This document shows positions 40,543-54,448 of a DNA stretch of 64,000 nucleotides, piece by piece. A program made the translations under genes and the position numbers. The number at the start of each line of letters is the position of its first letter. The first letter of the stretch is position 1. The DNA is from Escherichia coli. GTDB lineage: Bacteria > Pseudomonadota > Gammaproteobacteria > Enterobacterales > Enterobacteriaceae. The notes beneath the pieces were generated by a model that saw only the letters and a list, made by a program, of their open reading frames with translations, was not told the origin of the DNA and ran no database searches. Where the stretch lies: assembly GCF_001677475.2 (NCBI RefSeq), contig NZ_CP015229.1; one strand, written 5' to 3'.

Positions 40543-40890
40543 ATGGCTATCATCCCAAAAAACTATGCGCGGTTAGAAAGCGGCTATCGCGAAAAAGCAT
40601 TAAAAATCTATCCGTGGGTCTGCGGTCGCTGTTCCCGCGAGTTTGTTTATTCCAACCTGCGTGAACTTACCGTTCACCACATTGATCACGACCATACTAA
40701 TAACCCGGAAGATGGCAGTAACTGGGAATTGCTTTGTCTCTATTGCCACGATCATGAGCATTCGAAATATACCGAAGCGGATCAGTATGGTACGACCGTT
40801 ATCGCAGGGGAAGATGCGCAGAAAGATGTCGGTGAAGCGAAGTACAACCCATTCGCTGATTTAAAAGCGATGATGAATAAGAAGAAGTGA
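40543..40890 (+). CDS. yajD: HNH nuclease-family protein YajD
   Basis: 115 aa; Cys/His-rich HNH-like motif (CGRCSREF ... HHIDHDHTNN ... CLYCHDHEH). Confidence 0.85.
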   Translation: MAIIPKNYARLESGYREKALKIYPWVCGRCSREFVYSNLRELTVHHIDHDHTNNPEDGSNWELLCLYCHDHEHSKYTEADQYGTTVIAGEDAQKDVGEAKYNPFADLKAMMNKKK

Positions 40891-40904
40891 TTAAAACGCA
40901 AAAT

Positions 40905-41004
40905 TGCCTGATGCGCTACGCTTATCAGGCCTACGTAATCTCAGCAATGTATTGAATTTACGTGCTTTTGTAGGCCGGATAAGGCGTTTACGCCGCATCC
41001 GACA
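40905..41004. repeat. REP cluster between yajD and tsx
   Basis: GCCTGATGCGCTACGCTTATCAGGCCTAC and GTAGGCCGGATAAGGCGTTTACGCCGCATCCGACA. Confidence 0.65.
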
Positions 41005-41032
41005 TGAACAAAGCGCACGTTGCTAACAATCT

Positions 41033-41061
41033 GAAATGCCGGATACAAGATCCGGCATTTC
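41033..41061 (-). terminator. Palindromic hairpin immediately downstream of tsx (candidate terminator)
   Basis: AAATGCCGGAT-(7 nt)-ATCCGGCATTT, an 11-bp stem a few nt after the tsx stop. Confidence 0.45.
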
Positions 41062-41066
41062 ATTCA

Positions 41067-41951
41067 TCAGAAGTTGTAACCTACCACCAGGTAACCACCC
41101 CAGCCGGTAGAGCGAACGTTGAAGTTGCCGTTGCCGAAGTTCAGTTCTGCATCGTCGTTCCACTGACCACCGTCGTGCCAGTAACGAGCTACGACAGAGT
41201 AGTGCCAGTGATCGTAGTTCAGAGCCAGAATATGGCTGGAAGCGATAGAGTTATTGGTACGCGTCTTAATACCGTTGATTGCGTTACCGCTGTCATCACC
41301 CAGATCGGAACCCCAGTCAAAGTTGGTGAAACCGATGTAGCTTAACTGACCGCCCCACAGATCGGTAATCGGCACAAAGTATTTAACTTTGAAACGGTAA
41401 CCGTCCCACTCGTTTTCGTTCGCTGCACCGTAGTTCTGCCACTGGTATTTCGCATACACGTTCAAGGACAGGCTCATCGGCAGGCCAGTGTCGATGTCCG
41501 TACCCAGACCCATGTACCAGGTGCTCTGGCGACCATCTTTATTACGACCCATGTCGTAAATGTAGTTGTTCGCGAAGTACCACTCTTTGAACGGACCGAA
41601 GCTAAGGTCAGTATTGGTCAGCTTGTCGATGGAGAAACGCGGTTCGATTTCCATAAACAGCGGAGAACCGTGGTTCCAGATACCTTTTGCATCGGAGTTA
41701 CCGCCGAAGAATACCGGCGCATCCGCATAACCATAAAAGTCGAACCAGTCTTTTTTAGCGAATGCTTCGTACTCCAGGTAGGTATCGTTGCGGATCTGCG
41801 GTCCGAAACGGGTGTGATAACTTCCTACGACGTTAACGCTCTGGTGCCACCAGTCGGAGAGATACTGCGGTTTGTCGTTTTCAGCTGCGTTGACAGTAAA
41901 AGACGAAGAGAGCGCCAGTACCGCGCCGGCTGCCAGTAATGTTTTTTTCAT
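41067..41951 (-). CDS. tsx: Nucleoside-specific outer membrane channel Tsx
   Basis: 294 aa from [22 protein letters not shown] (signal peptide); beta-barrel ending in F. Confidence 0.92.
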   Translation of the reverse strand: MKKTLLAAGAVLALSSSFTVNAAENDKPQYLSDWWHQSVNVVGSYHTRFGPQIRNDTYLEYEAFAKKDWFDFYGYADAPVFFGGNSDAKGIWNHGSPLFMEIEPRFSIDKLTNTDLSFGPFKEWYFANNYIYDMGRNKDGRQSTWYMGLGTDIDTGLPMSLSLNVYAKYQWQNYGAANENEWDGYRFKVKYFVPITDLWGGQLSYIGFTNFDWGSDLGDDSGNAINGIKTRTNNSIASSHILALNYDHWHYSVVARYWHDGGQWNDDAELNFGNGNFNVRSTGWGGYLVVGYNF

Positions 41952-42249
41952 ATGTATGCCACTGTTTGAAAATCCCTTGCGGGAGTGAAAAAGGCGCAAA
42001 TTGCGTTTCTAAATATTTCGTATACAGAGGAGCCTATTATAAAAATCATTGCTCACAAAAATATGTTTCGTTTCACAGTTCTATCATTTACGTAATCGAT
42101 TGCGTTCACGTTTACACACATTCGGGCGGGGATTGTACTGACTTTCACCCTTGTTGCAAACTTTTACTATCAATCCAGGTGATGTAAGCGGAGTAACAAA
42201 ATGACGGGAAAAGATGTTGCGGGACGCACAAAATCGCCCCGCAATACGT

Positions 42250-42789
42250 TTACTGCATAACAGGTTGAATGTCGTGGATACGTACAAAGCCTAACTGATC
42301 CACAGAAATGCCCTTTAACTGTAACGGAATATCAACATCGCTGGGGGCGAGGACGCTGGCAGGGGCGTTAATCAATTGATTCTGCACATTGATTTCCTGA
42401 AAGTTGTCTATTGTTCCCTGAATTTGCCCATATTCAACAGTTCCGCTGAATGCGGGCAAGGGATCATTCGACTCGCCCTCAATACGTAGCGTCAGGGTGG
42501 TGCCATCTGTATCAGGCGTAATATTCACCAGCGACATACGTAAAGTACCGATCTGGCTTTCCAGTCTTGCTGGTGTTTTCGCTCCAGGCAGAAGGTAAAC
42601 CCCACTGCTGGATTTTGCATTCAGCCTGTTTTGCTGAGTGATTTTGACCGTTTCTTTATTGAGTTGCGTCATCTCCTGGTTCAGTGTGCTGACGCTGTGT
42701 TTCATCTGTCGCACTTCGCTTTGCTGCACACAGGCGCTAAGGCTGAACAAGCTTCCCAGCAGGAGCAGTCGAAAAACGTTAGTATTCAT
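42250..42789 (-). CDS. yajI: Lipoprotein YajI
   Basis: 179 aa from MNTNVF...; lipobox LSAC; synteny. Confidence 0.8.
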   Translation of the reverse strand: MNTNVFRLLLLGSLFSLSACVQQSEVRQMKHSVSTLNQEMTQLNKETVKITQQNRLNAKSSSGVYLLPGAKTPARLESQIGTLRMSLVNITPDTDGTTLTLRIEGESNDPLPAFSGTVEYGQIQGTIDNFQEINVQNQLINAPASVLAPSDVDIPLQLKGISVDQLGFVRIHDIQPVMQ

Positions 42790-42903
42790 AGGTCGTCCCT
42801 TTCTCGTCGCAATTAGCCTAATGGTAGAGGGTAAAAGCAGCGAAAGCATCGATCCTTTATCTCAAAAGCGTTGCGCCTTTGTTGTATCGTCAGTTCAGGG
42901 TAA

Positions 42904-43389
<486 letters not shown>

Positions 43390-43392
43390 GCC

Positions 43393-44496
43393 GTGCAGGA
43401 CGAGTATTACATGGCGCGGGCGCTAAAGCTGGCGCAACGAGGACGTTTTACCACGCATCCCAACCCGAATGTCGGGTGCGTCATTGTCAAAGATGGCGAA
43501 ATTGTCGGTGAAGGTTACCATCACCGTGCTGGTGAACCACACGCCGAAGTACATGCGTTGCGTATGGCTGGAGAAAAAGCCAAAGGTGCGACTGCGTATG
43601 TGACACTCGAACCTTGCAGCCATCACGGCCGTACGCCGCCTTGCTGTGATGCATTAATTGCCGCAGGTGTGGCGCGCGTGGTTGCCTCGATGCAAGATCC
43701 TAACCCGCAGGTCGCTGGACGTGGACTTTACCGTCTGCAACAGGCTGGCATTGACGTCAGCCACGGGCTGATGATGAGTGAAGCCGAGCAATTGAATAAA
43801 GGCTTTCTCAAGCGGATGCGCACTGGCTTTCCTTATATCCAGTTAAAACTTGGCGCATCGCTTGATGGTCGCACGGCGATGGCGAGCGGTGAGAGCCAGT
43901 GGATCACTTCGCCTCAGGCGCGGCGCGATGTACAACGTCTGCGTGCGCAAAGTCATGCCATTTTAACCAGTAGCGCCACGGTGCTGGCGGACGATCCGGC
44001 CTTAACGGTGCGTTGGTCTGAACTGGATGAACAAACTCAGGCGCTCTATCCGCAACAAAATCTCCGCCAGCCGGTACGCATCGTCATTGACAGTCAGAAT
44101 CGCGTGACGCCGGAACACCGCATCGTGCAGCAGCCAGGCGAGACCTGGTTTGCCCGAACGCAGGATGACACCCGCGAGTGGCCGGAAACAGTGCGCACTT
44201 TGCTGATCCCGGAACATAATGGGCATCTGGATTTGGTTGTGCTGATGATGCAACTGGGCAAGCAACAAATTAATAGTGTGTGGGTAGAGGCGGGGCCAAC
44301 GCTCGCTGGCGCACTGCTACAGGCTGGTTTAGTCGATGAGCTGATTGTCTATATCGCACCTAAACTTTTAGGTAGCGACGCCCGTGGATTATGTACGCTG
44401 CCAGGGCTTGAGAAATTAGCTGACGCCCCCCAATTTAAATTCAAAGAGATACGTCATGTAGGCCCGGATGTTTGCCTGCATTTAGTGGGTGCATGA
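43393..44496 (+). CDS. ribD: Bifunctional riboflavin biosynthesis protein RibD (deaminase/reductase)
   Basis: 367 aa from GTG; deaminase Zn motifs HAEVHAL and [12 protein letters not shown]. Confidence 0.93.
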
Positions 44497-44584
44497 TCTC
44501 CCGGCTCGAAAGGGAAGCAGCGCACGAAATATTATGCTAAAATCCGCCCCCCTGCGGGGCCATACTCGAACCCGAAGGAAAAAA

Positions 44585-45055
44585 ATGAACATTATTGAAG
44601 CTAACGTTGCTACCCCGGACGCTCGCGTCGCCATCACCATTGCGCGTTTCAACAACTTTATCAATGACAGCCTGCTGGAAGGTGCGATTGACGCACTGAA
44701 ACGTATTGGTCAGGTAAAAGATGAAAACATTACCGTTGTTTGGGTGCCAGGTGCCTATGAGCTGCCGCTGGCGGCGGGTGCACTGGCTAAAACCGGTAAA
44801 TACGATGCGGTGATCGCGCTGGGTACGGTTATTCGTGGTGGCACTGCCCACTTTGAATACGTCGCTGGAGGTGCAAGCAACGGCCTGGCGCATGTTGCCC
44901 AGGACAGCGAAATTCCGGTTGCTTTTGGGGTTCTGACCACTGAAAGCATTGAACAAGCGATCGAACGTGCTGGCACCAAAGCTGGCAACAAAGGTGCAGA
45001 AGCTGCACTGACCGCGCTTGAAATGATTAATGTATTGAAAGCCATCAAGGCCTGA
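44585..45055 (+). CDS. ribE: 6,7-dimethyl-8-ribityllumazine synthase
   Basis: 156 aa from [26 protein letters not shown]. Confidence 0.93.
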
Positions 45056-45074
45056 AATTAGTAAGGGGAAATCC

Positions 45075-45494
45075 GTGAAACCTGCTGCTCGTCGCCGCGC
45101 TCGTGAGTGTGCCGTCCAGGCGCTCTACTCCTGGCAGTTGTCCCAGAACGACATCGCTGATGTTGAATACCAGTTCCTGGCTGAACAGGATGTAAAAGAC
45201 GTTGACGTCCTGTACTTCCGTGAGCTGCTGGCCGGGGTGGCGACTAATACCGCATACCTCGACGGACTGATGAAGCCATACCTGTCCCGCCTGCTGGAAG
45301 AACTGGGACAGGTAGAAAAAGCAGTACTGCGCATTGCGCTGTACGAGCTGTCTAAACGTAGCGATGTGCCGTACAAAGTGGCCATTAACGAAGCGATCGA
45401 ACTGGCGAAATCGTTCGGCGCAGAAGACAGCCATAAGTTCGTCAATGGCGTACTGGATAAAGCAGCACCTGTGATTCGCCCTAACAAAAAGTGA
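45075..45494 (+). CDS. nusB: Transcription antitermination factor NusB
   Basis: 139 aa from GTG; synteny. Confidence 0.93.
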
Positions 45495-45500
45495 TATCCA

Positions 45501-45553
45501 GGCCGGCAGAGTAACGGAAAAACAGTTCCGCACTCGCCGGCCTTTTCTTTTTT
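45501..45553 (+). terminator. Candidate intrinsic terminator or attenuator after nusB (GC stem followed by TTTTCTTTTTT)
   Basis: GGCCGGC ... GCCGGCC stem with a long loop, followed by a T-rich run. Confidence 0.4.
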
Positions 45554-45572
45554 ACCTGCTGAGGCATAACGT

Positions 45573-46550
45573 ATGGCATGTGGCGAGTTCTCCCTGATTG
45601 CCCGTTATTTTGACCGTGTAAGAAGCTCTCGTCTTGATGTCGAACTTGGCATTGGCGACGATTGCGCACTTCTCAATATCCCCGAGAAACAGACCCTGGC
45701 GATCAGCACTGATACGCTGGTGGCGGGCAACCATTTCCTCCCTGATATCGATCCTGCGGATCTGGCATATAAAGCACTGGCGGTAAACCTAAGCGATCTG
45801 GCAGCGATGGGCGCCGATCCGGCCTGGCTGACGCTGGCATTAACCTTACCGGACGTAGACGAATCGTGGCTTGAGTCCTTCAGCGACAGTTTGTTTGATC
45901 TTCTCAATTATTACGATATGCAACTCATTGGCGGCGATACCACGCGTGGGCCATTATCAATGACGTTGGGTATCCACGGCTTTGTTCCGATGGGACGAGC
46001 CTTAACGCGCTCTGGGGCGAAACCGGGTGACTGGATCTATGTGACCGGTACACCGGGCGATAGCTCCGCCGGGCTGGCGATTTTGCAAAACCGTTTGCAG
46101 GTTGCCGATGTTAAAGATGCGGACTACTTGATCAAACGTCATCTCCGTCCATCGCCGCGTATTTTACAGGGGCAGGCACTGCGCGATCTGGCAAATTCAG
46201 CTATCGATCTCTCTGACGGTCTGATTTCCGATCTCGGGCATATCGTGAAAGCCAGCGACTGCGGCGCACGTATTGACCTGGCATTGCTGCCGTTTTCTGA
46301 TGCGCTTTCTCGCCATGTTGAACCGGAACAGGCGCTGCGCTGGGCGCTCTCTGGCGGTGAAGATTACGAGTTGTGTTTCACGGTGCCGGAACTGAACCGT
46401 GGCGCGCTGGATGTGGCTCTCGGACATCTGGGCGTACCGTTTACCTGTATCGGGCAAATGACCGCCGATATCGAAGGGCTTTGTTTTATTCGTGACGGCG
46501 AACCTGTCACGTTAGACTGGAAAGGATATGACCATTTTGCCACGCCATAA
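45573..46550 (+). CDS. thiL: Thiamine-monophosphate kinase
   Basis: 325 aa; synteny. Confidence 0.9.
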   Translation: MACGEFSLIARYFDRVRSSRLDVELGIGDDCALLNIPEKQTLAISTDTLVAGNHFLPDIDPADLAYKALAVNLSDLAAMGADPAWLTLALTLPDVDESWLESFSDSLFDLLNYYDMQLIGGDTTRGPLSMTLGIHGFVPMGRALTRSGAKPGDWIYVTGTPGDSSAGLAILQNRLQVADVKDADYLIKRHLRPSPRILQGQALRDLANSAIDLSDGLISDLGHIVKASDCGARIDLALLPFSDALSRHVEPEQALRWALSGGEDYELCFTVPELNRGALDVALGHLGVPFTCIGQMTADIEGLCFIRDGEPVTLDWKGYDHFATP

Positions 46551-47046
46551 AGATGTCGCGAAAAGTCGCCTGAAGATGAGTAATCCGTGGCATCTGCTTG
46601 CTGTCGGATTCGGAAGTGGATTAAGCCCAATCATTCCTGGCACGATGGGATCGCTGGCGGCGATTCCGTTCTGGTATCTGATGACCTTTTTGCCCTGGCA
46701 GCTCTATTCGCTGGTGGTGATGCTGGGGATCTGTATCGGTGTGTATCTTTGTCATCAAACGGCGAAAGACATGGGCGTGCACGATCACGGCAGCATTGTC
46801 TGGGACGAATTTATTGGTATGTGGATCACGCTCATGGCGCTGCCGACCAATGACTGGCCGTGGGTCGCCGCCGGGTTTGTGATTTTCCGTATCCTGGATA
46901 TGTGGAAACCGTGGCCGATCCGCTGGTTTGATCGCAATGTACATGGCGGCATGGGGATCATGATCGATGATATTGTCGCTGGGGTGATTTCTGCTGGAAT
47001 ACTCTATTTTATCGGCCATCACTGGCCGATGGGTATTCTGTCGTAG
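46528..47046 (+). CDS. pgpA: Phosphatidylglycerophosphatase A
   Basis: 172 aa; start overlaps the thiL 3' end by 23 nt; membrane protein. Confidence 0.9.
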   Translation: MTILPRHKDVAKSRLKMSNPWHLLAVGFGSGLSPIIPGTMGSLAAIPFWYLMTFLPWQLYSLVVMLGICIGVYLCHQTAKDMGVHDHGSIVWDEFIGMWITLMALPTNDWPWVAAGFVIFRILDMWKPWPIRWFDRNVHGGMGIMIDDIVAGVISAGILYFIGHHWPMGILS

Positions 47047-47123
47047 GCCGAATAAGGCGTTCACGCCGCATCCGGCGGTTGCGCACTGATGCCTGATACG
47101 ACGTGAACGCCTTATCAGGCCTG
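47047..47123. repeat. REP cluster between pgpA and yajO
   Basis: GTAGGCCGAATAAGGCGTTCACGCCGCATCCGGCG and TGATGCCTGATACGACGTGAACGCCTTATCAGGCC. Confidence 0.65.
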
Positions 47124-47128
47124 GATAT

Positions 47129-48103
47129 CTATTTAAATCCTACTATCGGATGGGATTTATACGGCGTTTCCAGTTCGGCAATCTGCTCTGGTTTTAGCGT
47201 GATATCCACCGCGTTCAGCAACTCATCAAGCTGTTCTTCCCGCGAAGTTCCGATAATCGGCGCGGCAATGCCCGGTTTGCTCAATAGCCACGCCAGCGCC
47301 ACTTGTGCTCGCGTAGCCCCCAATTCTTCACTCACGCCCGTTAATCGTTCTGCAATCTGCGCGTCATTTTCGTCGCTTTCGTTGTAGAGATTTTTTCCTA
47401 CTTCATCGGAAACTAATCGTGCGGTGGTTTCTCCCCACGGACGAGTCAGACGGCCCCGCGCCAGCGGGCTCCACGGAATCACCGCTACGCCTTCCTGATA
47501 ACACAGCGGCAGCATCTCGCGCTCTTCTTCACGATAAATCAGATTGTAGTGATCCTGCATACTGACAAACTGCGCCCAGCCGTGCTGTTTTTGTAGTTCC
47601 AGTGCTTGAGCAAACTGCGAAGCGTGCATGGATGACGCGCCGATATAACGCGCTTTCCCGGCTTTTACCACATCGTTCAGGGCTTCAAGCGTCTCTTCGA
47701 TCGGCGTGTTGTAATCCCAGCGATGGATTTGCAGGATATCGACATAATCCATACCGAGACGACGCAGGCTGTCGTCAATAGAGCGCAAAATTTGTGCGCG
47801 GGATAATCCTTCCGGCAAATCACCGACACGATGGAATACTTTGGTGGCAACGACCACGTCTTCACGACGGGCGAAATCCCGTAGTGCGCGACCGACGATC
47901 TCTTCGCTGCTGCCGTCAGAATAACTGTTGGCGGTATCAAAGAAATTTATGCCGCCTTCCAGCGCACGTTTGATGATTGGACGGCTGCTCTCTTCCGGCA
48001 GTGTCCATGCGTGATTACCGCGATCTGGCTCGCCAAAGGTCATACAGCCAAGGCAAAGTCGGGAAACGCGAAGGTCGGTTTTTCCTAAGGGGTTGTATTG
48101 CAT
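47129..48103 (-). CDS. yajO: Aldo-keto reductase YajO
   Basis: 324 aa; AKR family sequence; downstream of dxs. Confidence 0.88.
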   Translation of the reverse strand: MQYNPLGKTDLRVSRLCLGCMTFGEPDRGNHAWTLPEESSRPIIKRALEGGINFFDTANSYSDGSSEEIVGRALRDFARREDVVVATKVFHRVGDLPEGLSRAQILRSIDDSLRRLGMDYVDILQIHRWDYNTPIEETLEALNDVVKAGKARYIGASSMHASQFAQALELQKQHGWAQFVSMQDHYNLIYREEEREMLPLCYQEGVAVIPWSPLARGRLTRPWGETTARLVSDEVGKNLYNESDENDAQIAERLTGVSEELGATRAQVALAWLLSKPGIAAPIIGTSREEQLDELLNAVDITLKPEQIAELETPYKSHPIVGFK

Positions 48104-48157
48104 GCTGCCACTCCTGCCATGAATAATTTCTTAAGCATAGCAGGAGTGGAGTAGGGA

Positions 48158-50020
48158 TTATGCCAGCCAGGCCTTGATTTTGGCTTCCATACCGGCGGCA
48201 TCGAGGCCGAGTTCGGCGCGCATTTCTTCCTGCGTTCCTTGTGGAATAAAGAAGTCAGGCAGGCCAATGTTCAGCACGGGTACTGGTTTACGATGGGCCA
48301 TCAGCACTTCGTTCACGCCACTGCCCGCGCCGCCCATAATGGCGTTTTCTTCAACGGTGACCAGCGCCTCATGGCTGGCGGCCATTTCCAGAACTAACGC
48401 TTCATCAAGCGGTTTCACAAAACGCATATCGACCAGCGTAGCGTTCAGCGATTCAGCGACTTTCGCCGCTTCTGGCATCAGCGTACCAAAGTTAAGGATC
48501 GCCAGTTTCTCGCCACGACGCTGCACGATGCCTTTGCCAATCGGCAGTTTTTCCAGCGGCGTCAGCTCCACGCCGACGGCATTGCCGCGCGGATAGCGCA
48601 CCGCTGACGGCCCCTCGTTATAGTGATAGCCGGTATGGAGCATTTGGCGACATTCGTTTTCATCGCTCGGGGTCATAATGACCATTTCCGGAATGCAGCG
48701 CAGGTAAGAGAGATCAAACGCGCCCTGATGGGTTTGACCGTCAGCACCAACAATGCCCGCGCGGTCGATGGCGAACAGAACCGGTAGCTTTTGAATCGCC
48801 ATGTCATGCAGTACCTGATCATAGGCGCGTTGCAGGAAGGTGGAGTAGATCGCCACGATTGGTTTGTACCCCCCAATCGCCAGACCCGCAGCAAAGGTCA
48901 CTGCGTGTTGCTCGGCAATTGCCACGTCGAAGTAGCGATCCGGGAATTTACGAGAAAACTCAACCATACCGGAACCTTCACGCATCGCCGGAGTAATCGC
49001 CATCAGCTTGTTATCTTTCGCTGCCGTTTCGCACAACCAGTCGCCAAAGATTTTTGAATAGCTTGGTAAACCGCCGCTACTTTTCGGCAGACAACCGCTG
49101 GAGGGATCAAATTTAGGCACGGCGTGGAAGGTGATTGGGTCTTTTTCTGCCGGTTCATAACCACGACCTTTTTTGGTCATGATATGCAGAAACTGCGGGC
49201 CTTTCAGGTCGCGCATGTTCTTAAGCGTAGTGATTAGCCCCAGCACATCGTGACCGTCAACCGGGCCGATGTAGTTAAAGCCCAGCTCTTCAAACAACGT
49301 GCCAGGCACTACCATGCCTTTAATATGTTCTTCGGTACGTTTGAGCAGCTCTTTAATGGGTGGCACGCCAGAGAAAACTTTTTTCCCGCCTTCGCGCAGT
49401 GAAGAGTAAAGCTTACCGGAAAGCAGCTGCGCCAGATGGTTGTTGAGCGCGCCGACATTTTCGGAAATCGACATTTCATTGTCGTTAAGGACAACCAGCA
49501 TATCAGGACGGATATCACCCGCATGGTTCATTGCTTCAAACGCCATGCCAGCGGTAATCGCGCCATCGCCAATGACACAGACGGTGCGGCGATTTTTGCC
49601 TTCTTTCTCGGCAGCAACCGCAATACCAATTCCGGCACTGATGGAGGTTGATGAATGCCCGACGCTTAATACGTCATATTCGCTTTCGCCGCGCCACGGG
49701 AACGGATGCAGGCCGCCTTTCTGACGGATGGTGCCGATTTTGTCGCGGCGTCCGGTCAAAATTTTATGCGGATAAGCCTGATGCCCTACATCCCAAATCA
49801 ATTGGTCAAACGGGGTGTTGTAGACATAGTGCAGCGCCACGGTCAGTTCGACCGTGCCCAGCCCGGAGGCGAAGTGCCCGCTGGAACGGCTCACGCTGTC
49901 GAGTAAATAGCGGCGCAGTTCGTCGCAGAGTTTCGGTAAACTCTCTTTCGGCAACAGTCGTAACTCCTGGGTGGAGTCGACCAGTGCCAGGGTCGGGTAT
50001 TTGGCAATATCAAAACTCAT
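48158..50020 (-). CDS. dxs: 1-deoxy-D-xylulose-5-phosphate synthase
   Basis: 620 aa; TPP-binding motif [18 protein letters not shown]. Confidence 0.95.
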   Translation of the reverse strand: MSFDIAKYPTLALVDSTQELRLLPKESLPKLCDELRRYLLDSVSRSSGHFASGLGTVELTVALHYVYNTPFDQLIWDVGHQAYPHKILTGRRDKIGTIRQKGGLHPFPWRGESEYDVLSVGHSSTSISAGIGIAVAAEKEGKNRRTVCVIGDGAITAGMAFEAMNHAGDIRPDMLVVLNDNEMSISENVGALNNHLAQLLSGKLYSSLREGGKKVFSGVPPIKELLKRTEEHIKGMVVPGTLFEELGFNYIGPVDGHDVLGLITTLKNMRDLKGPQFLHIMTKKGRGYEPAEKDPITFHAVPKFDPSSGCLPKSSGGLPSYSKIFGDWLCETAAKDNKLMAITPAMREGSGMVEFSRKFPDRYFDVAIAEQHAVTFAAGLAIGGYKPIVAIYSTFLQRAYDQVLHDMAIQKLPVLFAIDRAGIVGADGQTHQGAFDLSYLRCIPEMVIMTPSDENECRQMLHTGYHYNEGPSAVRYPRGNAVGVELTPLEKLPIGKGIVQRRGEKLAILNFGTLMPEAAKVAESLNATLVDMRFVKPLDEALVLEMAASHEALVTVEENAIMGGAGSGVNEVLMAHRKPVPVLNIGLPDFFIPQGTQEEMRAELGLDAAGMEAKIKAWLA

Positions 50021-50044
50021 CAGGGGCCTATTAATACTTATTGT

Positions 50045-50944
50045 TTATTTATTACGCTGGATGATGTAGTCCGCTAGCGCTTCCAGTGCCGAGGTATCGA
50101 GTGACTGTTCAGCCAGTTGTTTCAGCGACTGACGGGCATCGTCGATCAGATCCCGGGCTTTCTTCCGGGCTTGCTCAAGACCCAGAAGTGCAGGGTAGGT
50201 ACTTTTACCAAGTTGCTGATCGGCACCCTGGCGTTTTCCTAACGTTGCAGTATCTCCTACCACATCCAGGATGTCATCCTGAACCTGGAAGGCAAGGCCG
50301 ATGCTCTCTGCGTACTTGTCGAGTACTGGCAGAGCACGACGTCCTTTATCTCCGGCGCTTAATGCACCAAGGCGAACGGCGGCGCGAATCAATGCGCCGG
50401 TTTTATGACGATGAATACGCTCGAGTGCGTCCAGAGGTACGTGTTTGCCTTCCGCATCTAAATCTAATGCCTGACCACCGCACATTCCGGCAATACCGCT
50501 GGCGCTCGCCAGTTCAGAAATCATCGAAATTCTGTCGCGGTCCGACACTTCCGGCATATCGGCATCGCTTAAAATCGAGAACGCCAGCGTTTGTAAAGCG
50601 TCGCCAGCGAGAATCGCGTTTGCTTCGCCAAACTTCACATGGCAGGTTGGCAAACCGCGACGCAGATCGTCATCATCCATTGCCGGTAAATCATCATGAA
50701 TTAATGAGTAAGCGTGGATACACTCTACGGCGGCAGCGGGTGCGTCCAGCGTGTTTGTGCTAACGCCGAACATATGACCGGTGGCATAAACCAGGAAAGG
50801 TCGCAGGCGCTTACCACCTAATAATGCGCCATACTGCATGGTTTCGACCACGGGAGTGTTCTGAAAGGGCAGTGGGGCGATAAAACGGCTCAGCGCCTGG
50901 TTGGCCTGCTTAACGCAGGCTTCGAGTTGCTGCGGAAAGTCCAT
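50045..50944 (-). CDS. ispA: Farnesyl diphosphate synthase
   Basis: 299 aa; first aspartate-rich motif DDLPAMDDDDLRRG and second DD motif. Confidence 0.95.
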   Translation of the reverse strand: MDFPQQLEACVKQANQALSRFIAPLPFQNTPVVETMQYGALLGGKRLRPFLVYATGHMFGVSTNTLDAPAAAVECIHAYSLIHDDLPAMDDDDLRRGLPTCHVKFGEANAILAGDALQTLAFSILSDADMPEVSDRDRISMISELASASGIAGMCGGQALDLDAEGKHVPLDALERIHRHKTGALIRAAVRLGALSAGDKGRRALPVLDKYAESIGLAFQVQDDILDVVGDTATLGKRQGADQQLGKSTYPALLGLEQARKKARDLIDDARQSLKQLAEQSLDTSALEALADYIIQRNK

Positions 50945-51186
50945 TACTCATTGTCCGGTGTAAAAGGGGTTAGAGAGGCGTCTTCATTGTCAGACAGCAG
51001 AATTTGTACGCGCTGTTCGGCTTGTTGTAATTTGGCCTGCCCCTGACGTGCCAGCTGCACGCCGCGTTCGAACTCGTTCAGCGCCTCTTCCAGCGGCAGG
51101 TCGCCACTTTCCAGACGGGTTACAATCTGTTCCAGCTCGCTCAGCGCCTTTTCAAAGCTGGCGGGCGCCTCATTTTTCTTCGGCAT
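50944..51186 (-). CDS. xseB: Exodeoxyribonuclease VII small subunit
   Basis: 80 aa; 1-nt overlap with ispA. Confidence 0.92.
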
Positions 51187-51391
51187 AATGAATGTCTGAC
51201 TCTCAATATTTTTCGCCCCGTCATGGTAACGGACTCAGGGCAAATAGCAAATAACGCGCAATGGTAAGGTGATGTGCGCAGCAAAGCGATGTTAGTGGTA
51301 TACTTCCGCGCCTGGATGCAGCCGCAGGTGTGGGCTGCTGTATTTTTCCCTATACAAGTCGCTTAAGGCTTGCCAACGAACCATTGCCGCC

Positions 51392-52840
51392 ATGAAGTTT
51401 ATCATTAAATTGTTCCCGGAAATCACCATCAAAAGCCAATCTGTGCGCTTGCGCTTTATAAAAATCCTTACCGGGAACATTCGTAACGTTTTAAAGCACT
51501 ATGATGAGACGCTCGCTGTCGTCCGCCACTGGGATAACATCGAAGTTCGCGCAAAAGATGAAAACCAGCGTCTGGCTATTCGCGACGCCCTGACCCGTAT
51601 TCCGGGTATCCACCATATTCTCGAAGTTGAAGACGTGCCGTTTACCGACATGCACGATATTTTCGAAAAAGCGTTGGTTCAGTATCGCGATCAGCTGGAA
51701 GGGAAAACCTTCTGCGTACGCGTGAAGCGCCGTGGCAAACATGATTTTAGCTCGATTGATGTGGAACGTTACGTCGGCGGCGGTTTAAATCAGCATATTG
51801 AATCCGCGCGCGTGAAGCTGACCAATCCGGAAGTGACTGTCCATCTGGAAGTGGAAGACGATCGTCTTCTGCTGATTAAAGGCCGTTACGAAGGTATTGG
51901 CGGTTTCCCGATTGGCACCCAGGAAGATGTGCTGTCGCTCATTTCTGGTGGTTTCGACTCCGGCGTTTCCAGTTATATGTTGATGCGTCGCGGCTGCCGC
52001 GTGCATTACTGCTTCTTTAACCTTGGCGGCGCGGCGCATGAAATTGGCGTGCGTCAGGTAGCGCATTATCTGTGGAACCGCTTTGGCAGCTCCCACCGCG
52101 TGCGTTTTGTCGCTATTAATTTCGAACCGGTCGTCGGGGAAATTCTCGAGAAAATCGACGACGGTCAGATGGGCGTAATCCTCAAACGTATGATGGTGCG
52201 TGCCGCGTCTAAAGTGGCTGAACGTTACGGCGTACAGGCGCTGGTCACTGGCGAAGCACTGGGCCAGGTGTCCAGCCAGACGCTGACCAACCTGCGCCTG
52301 ATTGATAACGTCTCCGACACGCTGATCCTGCGTCCGCTGATTTCTTACGACAAAGAGCACATCATCAACCTGGCTCGCCAGATTGGCACCGAAGACTTTG
52401 CTCGCACGATGCCGGAATATTGTGGCGTGATCTCCAAAAGCCCGACGGTGAAAGCGGTTAAATCGAAGATTGAAGCGGAAGAAGAGAAGTTCGACTTCAG
52501 CATTCTCGATAAAGTGGTTGAGGAAGCGAATAACGTTGATATCCGCGAAATCGCCCAGCAGACCGAGCAGGAAGTGGTGGAAGTGGAAACCGTCAATGGC
52601 TTCGGCCCGAACGACGTGATTCTCGATATCCGTTCTGTCGATGAACAGGAAGATAAGCCACTGAAAGTCGAAGGGATTGATGTGGTTTCTCTGCCGTTCT
52701 ATAAACTGAGCACCAAATTTGGCGATCTCGACCAGAACAAAACCTGGCTGCTGTGGTGTGAGCGCGGGGTGATGAGCCGTCTGCAGGCGCTCTATCTGCG
52801 CGAGCAGGGCTTTAACAATGTGAAGGTATATCGCCCGTAA
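51392..52840 (+). CDS. thiI: tRNA 4-thiouridine synthase / thiamine biosynthesis protein ThiI
   Basis: 482 aa; PP-loop SGGFDS; C-terminal rhodanese-like domain. Confidence 0.93.
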   Translation: MKFIIKLFPEITIKSQSVRLRFIKILTGNIRNVLKHYDETLAVVRHWDNIEVRAKDENQRLAIRDALTRIPGIHHILEVEDVPFTDMHDIFEKALVQYRDQLEGKTFCVRVKRRGKHDFSSIDVERYVGGGLNQHIESARVKLTNPEVTVHLEVEDDRLLLIKGRYEGIGGFPIGTQEDVLSLISGGFDSGVSSYMLMRRGCRVHYCFFNLGGAAHEIGVRQVAHYLWNRFGSSHRVRFVAINFEPVVGEILEKIDDGQMGVILKRMMVRAASKVAERYGVQALVTGEALGQVSSQTLTNLRLIDNVSDTLILRPLISYDKEHIINLARQIGTEDFARTMPEYCGVISKSPTVKAVKSKIEAEEEKFDFSILDKVVEEANNVDIREIAQQTEQEVVEVETVNGFGPNDVILDIRSVDEQEDKPLKVEGIDVVSLPFYKLSTKFGDLDQNKTWLLWCERGVMSRLQALYLREQGFNNVKVYRP

Positions 52841-52851
52841 TTTGTAGTTTT

Positions 52852-52890
52852 TACGTCGCATCTGGTCAGATGCGACGTTTGCCGCATCCG
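52852..52890. repeat. REP-like palindromic element between convergent thiI and yajL
   Basis: ACGTCGCATCTG-GT-CAGATGCGACGT perfect palindrome followed by TTGCCGCATCCGACA. Confidence 0.45.
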
Positions 52891-52893
52891 ACA

Positions 52894-54358
<1,465 letters not shown>

Positions 54359-54400
54359 TGTTCCTCCTCACCCGCAACCACTCCGGGTGTTCAATAAGGC

Positions 54401-54448
54401 TATCCCTTAATTGTGCATGCTGTTGCGACTATGCACAATTAAGGGATA
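54401..54448. promoter_or_regulatory. Perfect 18-bp inverted repeat with 12-bp spacer in the panE-yajQ intergenic region; candidate operator or RNA structure
   Basis: TATCCCTTAATTGTGCAT-(12 nt)-ATGCACAATTAAGGGATA. Confidence 0.4.
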
